In this document: piece after piece, positions 10,889 to 18,043 of the stretch
Position numbering within the stretch: the first letter of the stretch is position 1
How the letters are laid out: each line of letters begins with the position of its first letter
NCBI GenBank assembly: GCA_001780275.1
Contig: MFGB01000016.1
Location: forward strand, 27,205 to 91,204
Source: Candidatus Falkowbacteria bacterium RIFOXYA2_FULL_47_19
GTDB taxonomy: Bacteria; Patescibacteriota; Patescibacteriia; Patescibacteriales; UBA12075
DNA length: 64,000 nucleotides
Direction of reading: 5' to 3'
The notes under the pieces: generated by a model
What the model saw: only the letters and a program-made list of their open reading frames with translations
Databases searched by the model: none
What the model was told of the DNA's origin: nothing
Translations under genes and position numbers: made by a program

Positions 10889-10916
10889 TAGGGCAAGTAA
10901 AGCCCTGTTTTTTATT
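10889..10916 (+). terminator. intrinsic terminator after ftsZ
   Basis: AGGGC-aagtaaa-GCCCT followed by GTTTTTTATTTT. Confidence 0.7.
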
Positions 10917-11070
10917 TTACCGTTGCCCATTTCTGTCGGTCAATTGACGAAAACCTATCCCGGTTAGCTGTTCTTGACCGAAGACCTTGACTTAGGGCCT
11001 GATTTGTGTTAAAAATATAAAACGATCTTTATAATATAATAAGTGTAATAAAACAACGGAGGACAGAGTC

Positions 11071-11730
11071 ATGGAAGAAGGCAGAATCGAAGATTTTAAG
11101 CTCATGATAAAGGATGCCTGGCGACTGCAGACGTTTCTCGCCGAATCCGTGACTGCGATAAACAAGATGCACGATCTCGGTCCGGCCGTCACGATTTTCG
11201 GCTCAGCCAGAACAAACCCCAGAAGCCAGGACTATAAAAACGCCCGGAAGATAGCGGGCCTGTTCGCCCGGAACAATTACGCGGTCATATCAGGAGGGGG
11301 CGGGGGTATTATGGAAGCCGCTAACCGCGGCGCGGCGGAAGGCGGTGGTAAGTCGGTCGGCCTTAATATCATATTGCCTCACGAGCAGATGCCAAACCAA
11401 TATGCGAATATCAGGCTGGACTTCAAATATTTTTTCATCAGGAAGGTTTTTCTGGTGCGCTATTCCGACGCCTTTATCATTATGCCCGGCGGATTCGGCA
11501 CTTTGGACGAATTTTTCGAAGTAGTTACCCTAATCCAGACCAGGCGCAGCAAAAGCTGTCCCGTCGTTCTCGTAGGCGCGAAATTTTGGAAGGGTCTTGT
11601 TGAATGGATCCGCGCCGTGATGCTTGAGCACAAGACGATATCCGCCGAAGACATGGAGCATATCCAGATACTTGATAGCCCGGAAGAGGTTTTCGAGTTC
11701 ATCGACTGTCTTTGTAAACAAAGAAATTAA
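11071..11730 (+). CDS. LOG family / TIGR00730-type Rossmann-fold nucleotide-binding protein
   Basis: GGGGGIMEAANRG and PGGFGTLDEFFE motifs. SD GGAGGA lies upstream of the ATG. Confidence 0.85.
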   Translation: MEEGRIEDFKLMIKDAWRLQTFLAESVTAINKMHDLGPAVTIFGSARTNPRSQDYKNARKIAGLFARNNYAVISGGGGGIMEAANRGAAEGGGKSVGLNIILPHEQMPNQYANIRLDFKYFFIRKVFLVRYSDAFIIMPGGFGTLDEFFEVVTLIQTRRSKSCPVVLVGAKFWKGLVEWIRAVMLEHKTISAEDMEHIQILDSPEEVFEFIDCLCKQRN

Positions 11731-11822
11731 TCAACTTAGGAGCGACCAACGCTCCTTTTAAATTTAAAAAATTCCCGCCGGAGATTTTCCGACGGGATTT
11801 TATTTTTGTCTAGAAATTTTTT

Positions 11823-11912
11823 TTCGTTAAATTTCGTGAATATTCGTTAATTTCGTGTTTTGGTTTAAAACACTCTAGACACAGAATAAACAAAAGGCAC
11901 GAAATAAACGAA
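11823..11912. repeat. phased TTCGT x4 / ACGAA x2 inverted array (copy B)
   Basis: TTCGT starts at 11823, 11833, 11843 and 11852. ACGAA starts at 11899 and 11908. The array lies between the convergent LOG and hpt genes. Confidence 0.8.
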
Positions 11913-11932
11913 ATCGCTGAGGGCTTATTTTG

Positions 11933-12469
11933 TTAAGAATATATTTCCGGCTTAAGAACGCCGATATAAGGCAGATGGCGGTAATTTTCCGCGTAATCCA
12001 GGCCGTAGCCGACCACAAATTCATTGATTACCGGGAAGCCGGCGTAATTTATTTTTATGTTTATTTTTCGGGCGGCGCTTTTATCTAGGAGGGCGCAGAC
12101 CCCGATTGAAGCCGGATTATTTTTTTCCAGATGCCGGATAATGAAGTCTATAGTCAGGCCGGTGTCTATAATATCTTCCACTATGATCGCGTCCTTGCCG
12201 GCAATATCAATCTCAATATCCTTAGAGATCGCAATAAGGCCGGATGTGGACGCTTTTTGGCCATATGATCTCACCCGGATAAGATCGATTTTTGCCGGAT
12301 AGGAAAGGGTACGCATAAGATCAGCGAGAAAGACCAGGGCTCCGTTCGCGACCCCGATCAATATCGGTTCCCGGCCTTTATAATCCCGGGAAATTTCCTC
12401 GCCTAAAGTTTTTACCCGTTTCCGGATCGTTTTAGCCGGAAACAATATCCTTTTTATGTGCCGGTGCAT
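11933..12469 (-). CDS. hpt: hypoxanthine phosphoribosyltransferase
   Basis: PRPP-binding motif AIIVEDIIDTGLT, 178 aa, and the typical HPRT C-terminus (DYAENYRHLPYIGVL). Confidence 0.9.
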   Translation of the reverse strand: MHRHIKRILFPAKTIRKRVKTLGEEISRDYKGREPILIGVANGALVFLADLMRTLSYPAKIDLIRVRSYGQKASTSGLIAISKDIEIDIAGKDAIIVEDIIDTGLTIDFIIRHLEKNNPASIGVCALLDKSAARKINIKINYAGFPVINEFVVGYGLDYAENYRHLPYIGVLKPEIYS

Positions 12470-12603
12470 AAATTCCTCCTTTTTATGGCCGGTAATTTTA
12501 AAAACTGGATATTTTTATTATATTTTAAACTGGGAAAAAAGACAATTTCCATTAGCAAAAAAGATTTTACGCCCCCCACCGCTTTAGGGTAAAAGTTATG
12601 CAC

Positions 12604-12612
12604 TTATCCACA
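12604..12612 (+). promoter_or_regulatory. perfect DnaA box TTATCCACA
   Basis: Exact 9-mer consensus in the hpt / nrdR intergenic region, about 90 nt upstream of the NrdR-box promoter. Confidence 0.5.
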
Positions 12613-12689
12613 GGTTGATTATTTTTTAATATATGATATTCTGGTATTAAGCGATCCCCAAGCCTTAAAAACAGCTAATTCCAGCAACC

Positions 12690-12717
12690 TTGATATTACT
12701 ATATCTTGTGGTATAAT
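12690..12717 (+). promoter_or_regulatory. sigma-70-type promoter of the nrd leader
   Basis: TTGATA (12690-12695), a 16-nt spacer containing TG, then TATAAT (12712-12717). Confidence 0.7.
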
Positions 12718-12743
12718 ATAATTACAGCCCACAAGATGTAGTG
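12698..12743. promoter_or_regulatory. pair of NrdR boxes
   Basis: ACTATATCTTGTGG (12698-12711) and CACAAGATGTAGTG (12730-12743) both resemble the palindromic NrdR box (acaCwAtATaTwGtgt). Their centres are 32 bp apart and box 1 overlaps the -10. They lie upstream of nrdR-nrdD-nrdG. Confidence 0.75.
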
Positions 12744-12760
12744 ATTTAAGGAGGATTAAG

Positions 12761-12818
12761 AAAAACACCTATATAAGCCCTTTTACATAAGAGGTTATAG
12801 GAAAAAAGGTGTTTTTTT
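12761..12818 (+). terminator. leader hairpin plus U-tract (attenuator/terminator) between the NrdR-box promoter and nrdR
   Basis: AAAAACACCT (12761-12770) pairs with AGGTGTTTTT (12807-12816), with an inner TATAAgCC / GGTTATA stem, followed by a T7 run. AAGGAGG lies at 12748-12754 just upstream. Confidence 0.55.
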
Positions 12819-12843
12819 GTTTGCCGCCGCGGGCATAAACTTA

Positions 12844-12907
12844 ACGAAAACGGACGAAAATACACGAATTTATAAAGACGCTTTCGTGTGGTTTCGTTAA
12901 TATTCGT
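12844..12907. repeat. phased ACGAA x3 / TTCGT x3 inverted array (copy C)
   Basis: ACGAA starts at 12844, 12854 and 12864. TTCGT starts at 12883, 12893 and 12903, an exact 10-bp period. The array ends 19 nt before the nrdR ATG. Confidence 0.8.
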
Positions 12908-12925
12908 TTAATCAGTATATATCGC

Positions 12926-13420
12926 ATGAAATGTCCCGCCTGCTATTATGAAGATACTAAGGTGGTCGATTCCCGGGTTGCCGCGGACGGATTATCGATT
13001 CGCCGGCGTCGGGAATGCCTGAAATGCGGTTTTAGGTTTTCCACCTACGAAGAGCTTATTATCCTTGATCTGACCATAATAAAGAGGGACGGACGTAAAG
13101 AACCCTATAGCCGGGAAAAACTAGTCCGCGGCATTATGAGATCGCTGGAGAAACGGCCGGTCACCGATGAAAAATTCAAAAAGTTAATTAATTCCATCGA
13201 AAGGGACCTACAGGTACTGCGCAAGGCTGAAATAACCACCAATGAGGTTGGTCAAATAATCCTGAAGCATCTTAAAAAGGTGGATCAGATCGCATATATA
13301 CGCTTCGCCAGCGTCTACCGGGCGTTTCAGGACGTAGAAGCCTTTCGGGAAGAATTAAATAAACTGCTTCCGAAAACTAAAGGAGGTAAGAAAAAGCGTC
13401 TCCCTGTCCGTAAAAATTAA
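12926..13420 (+). CDS. nrdR: transcriptional repressor NrdR
   Basis: N-terminal zinc ribbon MKCPACYYEDTKVVDSR..CLKCGFRFSTYE followed by an ATP-cone. Confidence 0.95.
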   Translation: MKCPACYYEDTKVVDSRVAADGLSIRRRRECLKCGFRFSTYEELIILDLTIIKRDGRKEPYSREKLVRGIMRSLEKRPVTDEKFKKLINSIERDLQVLRKAEITTNEVGQIILKHLKKVDQIAYIRFASVYRAFQDVEAFREELNKLLPKTKGGKKKRLPVRKN

Positions 13421-13453
13421 GGCGGGACCATAATTAACCTATATATATTCCAC

Positions 13454-15577
13454 ATGCAAAACGAAATCTCTAAAATAAGGAAGCGTGACGGCAAGATCGC
13501 GGATTTCAACCGCGATAAGGTCACTACCGCCATTTACCGCTGTCTGGAGGCCGTCGGTAAACAAAATCGGGAAACGGCTGATAAATATTGTCGGGAGGTG
13601 GTTTTCAAACTTAACGAAAAATTCAACGCCAGAACCATCCCGGCCGTGGAAGAGGTTCAGGATCTGGTCGAAGAAGTTCTGATCGATAACCGGGAGATCA
13701 AGGCGGCTAAAGCTTTTATACTATTCCGCGATCAGCGCGCCCGGAATCGGGAAATGAACGCGATCGATTCCCGGATCGATTCGAACGATATCATCGAGAA
13801 TTATTTGAAGCAATCGGATTGGCGGGTAAAGGAGAATTCCAATATGGGTTACAGCCTGCAAGGACTCAATAATCATCTGGCCTCGATAATCTCTTCCAAC
13901 TACTGGCTCTCTAAGGTTTATTCCGCCAACATCCGGAGTGCTTATCAGGATGGCGACATCCACATTCATGACTTGCAATTGTTAGCGCCTTATTGTGCCG
14001 GCTGGGACCTTAAAGAGACTCTTCGACTCGGATTCGCCGGCGTTACCGGGAAAGTTGAATCGAAGCCTCCGAAACATTTCCGGACGGCCTTGGGACAGGT
14101 GGTTAATTTCTTTTATACTCTTCAGGGGGAGGTGGCCGGAGCCCAGGCTTTTTCCGGTTTCGATACCTTTTTAGCTCCTTTCGTCGGTTATGACAAACTT
14201 AATTATAAGGAAGTAAAGCAGGGACTCCAGGAGTTTTTATTTAACATAAACGTTCCGACCCGCGTGGGATTTCAGACGCCTTTTACCAATATTACCATGG
14301 ATATGATCCCGTCCAAGCAGACCGGCGAAGAGAACGTCGTTTATGGCGGCGAGATCCAGAAAGAGAAATATAAGGATTTCCAGGCTGAGATGGATATGAT
14401 CAATACGGCTTTCGCTGAGGTCATGATGGAAGGGGACGCCAAAGGCCGGGTATTCACATTTCCTATCCCGACCTACAATATTACGAAAAAATTCGATTGG
14501 GACTCGCCGGTAGCGGAAAAGGTTTTTGAAATGACGGCTAAATACGGCATTCCTTATTTTTCGAACTATATCAATTCCGATATGGATCCGGATGACGCCA
14601 GGAGCATGTGCTGCCGCTTAAGGCTCGATAACCGCGAGCTCAGGAAAAGGGGCGGCGGACTTTTTGGGGCTAATCCCTTAACCGGTTCGATCGGCGTAGT
14701 TACGATCAACCTGCCCCGCATCGGTTATTTATCCAAGGACAAAAAGGAATTTTTCGAGAGACTATATAATATGATGCAGATCTCTAAAGAAAGCCTCGAG
14801 ATGAAACGGCAGGTGCTGGAAGACCTGACTGACCGCGGACTTTATCCTTATGCCCGGCATTATCTTAAGAATATCAAAAAGCGCTTCGATCAATACTGGA
14901 AAAATCATTTTTCCACGATCGGCATAATCGGCATGAACGAAGCGCTCTTGAACTTCGCTCCGGTACGGAACAATATCGCGTCAGCTTCCGGCAAGGAATT
15001 CGCCCTGGAAATACTTAATTATATGAGGGAGCGTATCATGGATTACCAGAATTCCACAAATAATCTTTATAATCTGGAAGCGACCCCGGCCGAAGGCACC
15101 TCCAGGAGACTTGCCAGAATAGACAAGGATAAGCATGCGGATATTATCGTGGCCAACGAGGACGGAGTAAGGACGCGGAAGGCCTCTCCTTTCTATACGA
15201 ATTCCACACAATTGCCGGTTAATTATACGGATGACCTTTTCGAGGCGCTCGATCTGCAGGACGATATCCAAACGAAATATACGGGTGGTACGGTTTTACA
15301 CGCTTATTTGGGTGAAGCCTTGCCTTCAGCCGAAGCGGTAAAAAGACTGGTCCGTAAGATCGCCACTAATTATCAGTTGCCGTATTTTACCTTGACCCCG
15401 ACTTTTTCGATCTGTCCGAAACACGGTTATCTCGTCGGAGAACATCATTATTGCCCGAAATGCGACAAAGAGAACGGTTATAAGGGCGATTCCGTTCAAA
15501 ATCCGCCCGCAGCCGAAAAGCCGCCGATCGTTATCGACGTGGATATGGACCGAAAGCTGATCATGGATTTAGCTTAA
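13454..15577 (+). CDS. nrdD: anaerobic (class III) ribonucleoside-triphosphate reductase, catalytic body without the glycyl-radical tail
   Basis: N-terminal ATP-cone. Conserved core (CCRLRLD, GANPLTGSIGVVTINLPR, LYNLEATPAEG). C-terminal zinc site FSICPKHGYLVGEHHYCPKCD. No RVxGY glycyl-radical motif occurs before the stop at 15575-15577. Confidence 0.9.
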   Translation: MQNEISKIRKRDGKIADFNRDKVTTAIYRCLEAVGKQNRETADKYCREVVFKLNEKFNARTIPAVEEVQDLVEEVLIDNREIKAAKAFILFRDQRARNREMNAIDSRIDSNDIIENYLKQSDWRVKENSNMGYSLQGLNNHLASIISSNYWLSKVYSANIRSAYQDGDIHIHDLQLLAPYCAGWDLKETLRLGFAGVTGKVESKPPKHFRTALGQVVNFFYTLQGEVAGAQAFSGFDTFLAPFVGYDKLNYKEVKQGLQEFLFNINVPTRVGFQTPFTNITMDMIPSKQTGEENVVYGGEIQKEKYKDFQAEMDMINTAFAEVMMEGDAKGRVFTFPIPTYNITKKFDWDSPVAEKVFEMTAKYGIPYFSNYINSDMDPDDARSMCCRLRLDNRELRKRGGGLFGANPLTGSIGVVTINLPRIGYLSKDKKEFFERLYNMMQISKESLEMKRQVLEDLTDRGLYPYARHYLKNIKKRFDQYWKNHFSTIGIIGMNEALLNFAPVRNNIASASGKEFALEILNYMRERIMDYQNSTNNLYNLEATPAEGTSRRLARIDKDKHADIIVANEDGVRTRKASPFYTNSTQLPVNYTDDLFEALDLQDDIQTKYTGGTVLHAYLGEALPSAEAVKRLVRKIATNYQLPYFTLTPTFSICPKHGYLVGEHHYCPKCDKENGYKGDSVQNPPAAEKPPIVIDVDMDRKLIMDLA

Positions 15578-15653
15578 ATTATCAGCCGGTAAAAATTTTA
15601 TATAATATAAAAATAAAATAAATTGATATTGCCGTTTTTCGGCTCTAATCGAA

Positions 15654-15678
15654 AATCGTCAATCGTCAATCGTCAATC
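15654..15678 (+). repeat. tandem heptamer AATCGTC x3 (plus a partial unit)
   Basis: aatcgtcaatcgtcaatcgtcaatc, immediately upstream of the small glycyl-radical ORF. Confidence 0.85.
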
Positions 15679-15680
15679 CT

Positions 15681-15818
15681 ATGAGCCCGATAAAAACAAA
15701 AAGACAACCTTGCGAAGTGTTCAGCCGGGTAACCGGATATCTGCGGCCGGTAAGCCAATGGAATGACGGTAAACAGGCTGAATACGAATGCCGCAAGACC
15801 TTTAACGTAAACGAATAA
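15681..15818 (+). CDS. stand-alone glycyl-radical domain peptide of NrdD (45 aa, absent from the ORF track)
   Basis: Hand translation gives MSPIKTKRQPCEVFSRVTGYLRPVSQWNDGKQAEYECRKTFNVNE. This carries the RVxGY..WNxGK..E...R signature of the NrdD C-terminus. The frame differs from nrdD, and stops occur in all three frames across 15578-15626. Confidence 0.7.
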   Translation: MSPIKTKRQPCEVFSRVTGYLRPVSQWNDGKQAEYECRKTFNVNE

Positions 15819-15891
15819 GCGGACGATCCGCGATAGCGGACAAAGCGGAATAAAATGATGGCTACACGGATAGATCGCTCCATATTCCCCT

Positions 15892-16650
15892 ATGATCATC
15901 GGCGGTTTGCAAAAATTCAGTTTACTCGATTATCCCGGACAGGTAGCGGCGATCGTTTTTACCCAAGGCTGTAATTTCCGCTGTCCGTTTTGCTACAACC
16001 CAATGCTTGTCGTGCCCTCTATGGGCGGGACAAAAGATATTTTTGAATCTTCTTCGGAAGAAATCCAAAAGAGTTATTCTCAATTCCGCCCCCAGGGGCA
16101 GTTAAGCGAGGATGACTTTTTTGTTTTTCTTAAATCCCGCGCCGGAAAACTCGACGCCATAGTGATAACAGGCGGGGAACCCACCCTCCATCCCGATTTA
16201 ACGGGCTTCGCCGCCCGCATCAAAGCCTTGGGTTATAAAATAAAGCTTGATACCAACGGCACTAATCCGGAAATGATCGAAAAACTGTTTTTAGGAAATC
16301 TGGTCGATTATATCGCCATGGATATCAAGGGCGCTCCGGAGAAATATTCTCGGTTTACGGGAGATAAAGATGATTTGGATAAAATCAGGAAAAGTATTAT
16401 AATGATAAAGGGGGGTAGGGTGCCGTATGAATTCAGGACAACGGTCGTTCCCGCTTTTACACAGACAGAAGACATAGATCGAATGGGCGGCATGATCGAT
16501 GGCGCGGAAACGTGGTGGCTGCAGAGGTTTAAAAGCGACACCTCCCTGATCGATAAAGATCTTGAGAATACCGATATTCCGTCGGATGAGACTATGGAGG
16601 AAATGAGGTGTCGGGGATTAAAATACGTGAAGAATTGCCGTTTAAGGTAA
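15892..16650 (+). CDS. nrdG: anaerobic RNR activating enzyme (radical SAM)
   Basis: GCNFRCPFCYNP is the CxxxCxxC radical-SAM cluster motif. GGEPTLHP is also present. Located directly after nrdD. Confidence 0.88.
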   Translation: MIIGGLQKFSLLDYPGQVAAIVFTQGCNFRCPFCYNPMLVVPSMGGTKDIFESSSEEIQKSYSQFRPQGQLSEDDFFVFLKSRAGKLDAIVITGGEPTLHPDLTGFAARIKALGYKIKLDTNGTNPEMIEKLFLGNLVDYIAMDIKGAPEKYSRFTGDKDDLDKIRKSIIMIKGGRVPYEFRTTVVPAFTQTEDIDRMGGMIDGAETWWLQRFKSDTSLIDKDLENTDIPSDETMEEMRCRGLKYVKNCRLR

Positions 16651-16680
16651 TAATTTATAACGAGCGACCCGCATTCAATT

Positions 16681-17079
16681 ATGCCGGACAAAAAAAATAC
16701 AACCGAAGCTGTCACGGAGGAGCGTAATGATCCGAGCGTGGCCCGGACCATGGAAAATATCAGGGAACTGACGGAGAAAAATCTGGCGATATCCGAAGAA
16801 ATCCTGGAGAAGACGAAACATATCAATCGGTTTGTCACACTGTCGCAAATTATGGGCGTGATCAAGCTTCTCTTGATCGTGGTGCCGATAATCTTGGGCG
16901 TTTTGTACCTGCCGTCGCTCCTAAAAGGCATTACGCCGATATTCGGCCAGGTGCTTGATGTCTATAAGGAGCTTTTGGGCGTGAAGCAAGGGTCGGACGA
17001 CGTATTAAACGGACTCGACCCGAATAAGATTGATATGAATAAAATAGATCCGGATATTATAAAAAAATACATGAAGTAG
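16681..17079 (+). CDS. hypothetical membrane protein
   Basis: 132 aa with a central TM helix (IMGVIKLLLIVVPIILGVLYL). I recognise no family. Confidence 0.5.
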   Translation: MPDKKNTTEAVTEERNDPSVARTMENIRELTEKNLAISEEILEKTKHINRFVTLSQIMGVIKLLLIVVPIILGVLYLPSLLKGITPIFGQVLDVYKELLGVKQGSDDVLNGLDPNKIDMNKIDPDIIKKYMK

Positions 17080-17086
17080 TCTTCAT

Positions 17087-17620
17087 ATGAGTATAGAAAA
17101 AAATTGGGAAAATAAAAAAGATATTAAGATAAAAGCGGAGGCGAAATATGAGAAATTCGAAGGAAATTACACGGGTACTAAAAGTAACGCTTCTATTGGG
17201 GTAAGAATTGAAGTTAATGGTAAAATTTTTCATACGACCGTGTGGGACGTTGGCGGAGGAAAACCAGAAAGAAAATTAGAAATTTGTAAAAAATTTTTTG
17301 AAAATTTTGCGGAACAATACGGATATGTACCAGGTACTTTTTCCTATAGTGAAATTAGAGAATGGGGTATAAACGTTGGTGAGATAAAGGGTAAAATTAG
17401 TCGTTATGGAGATATTAAAAAAGAGCATTTAAAAATATCATTTATAAAAGGGTTCAATAAAAAAAGACAATGCGAACAATGGCAGGTGCGTCGCGAAGGG
17501 ACGCTTTACGTACTTGACGATTTTCCGGTGGGATATTCTCAAGAGGAGGGCGATATTCCGGTTGAAGTAACAAAAGATCTGGGCGGAATAAAAATTGTAA
17601 AAAGGATAAGGTCGTTTTAA
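17087..17620 (+). CDS. hypothetical protein (AT-rich gene)
   Basis: 177-aa ORF, K/E-rich, with markedly lower GC than its neighbours. I recognise no motif. Confidence 0.5.
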   Translation: MSIEKNWENKKDIKIKAEAKYEKFEGNYTGTKSNASIGVRIEVNGKIFHTTVWDVGGGKPERKLEICKKFFENFAEQYGYVPGTFSYSEIREWGINVGEIKGKISRYGDIKKEHLKISFIKGFNKKRQCEQWQVRREGTLYVLDDFPVGYSQEEGDIPVEVTKDLGGIKIVKRIRSF

Positions 17621-17624
17621 TTTT

Positions 17625-17933
17625 ATGAAATTAACCGAATTCGAGTTAAAGGTTTTGAATAAATTGAAACATGTCCCCAGGGGGCGGGTGACGACCTACG
17701 GCGCTTTAGCGCGGTCGGTCGGTCGGCCGGGAGCGGCGCGGGCGGTCGGAAACGCTTTAAATAAAAATCCGGATGCGCCTATTACGCCTTGTCATCGGGT
17801 GGTTTATAGCGACGGTCGTTTAGGCGGTTATGCCGGCGGCGCGGAAAAAAAGATCGGGCTTTTGAAAGGGGAGGGAGTCGGCGTAAAGAACGGCCGGATC
17901 GTTGATTTTAAAAAAATATTTTATAGATTTTGA
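17625..17933 (+). CDS. methylated-DNA--protein-cysteine methyltransferase, DNA-binding/catalytic domain only
   Basis: The PCHRVV active-site motif is present (ITPCHRVVYSDGRLGGYAGG). At 102 aa it has only the C-terminal MGMT domain. Confidence 0.85.
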   Translation: MKLTEFELKVLNKLKHVPRGRVTTYGALARSVGRPGAARAVGNALNKNPDAPITPCHRVVYSDGRLGGYAGGAEKKIGLLKGEGVGVKNGRIVDFKKIFYRF

Positions 17934-17948
17934 TACGGAAAAATTTTA

Positions 17949-17979
17949 AAACACCGCGTTCAGCTCGCGGTGTTTTTTA
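17949..17979 (+). terminator. intrinsic terminator
   Basis: AACACCGCG-ttcagct-CGCGGTGTT followed by TTTT. Confidence 0.8.
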
Positions 17980-18043
17980 ATTTATTTCTAATTATTGTTT
18001 TATAAGATTTTAAACAATGTTGTTTGTTTATAAATACTCATAT

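Noticed and set aside
10939-10948. The GTCAATTGAC palindrome, which recurs at about 28837-28846 and 41291-41300, considered as a shared operator.
   Set aside because: In at least two cases the right half is simply a TTGAC(A/G) -35 hexamer of a plausible promoter. Three occurrences of a 10-mer containing TTGAC are not enough to claim a regulator site.
15578-15680. The spacer between the nrdD body and the glycyl-radical ORF, considered as a self-splicing intron (phage T4 nrdD has a group I intron).
   Set aside because: At 103 nt, or about 240 nt even with the non-conserved flanks, it is too short and AT-rich for a group I or II intron. I see no P3-P9-like paired GC-rich core. It is kept only as a low-probability alternative within the finding.
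16308-16931. The 207-aa minus-strand ORF.
   Set aside because: It is antisense to nrdG and to the following membrane-protein gene. Its S/I-rich composition is typical of the reverse frame of a real gene.
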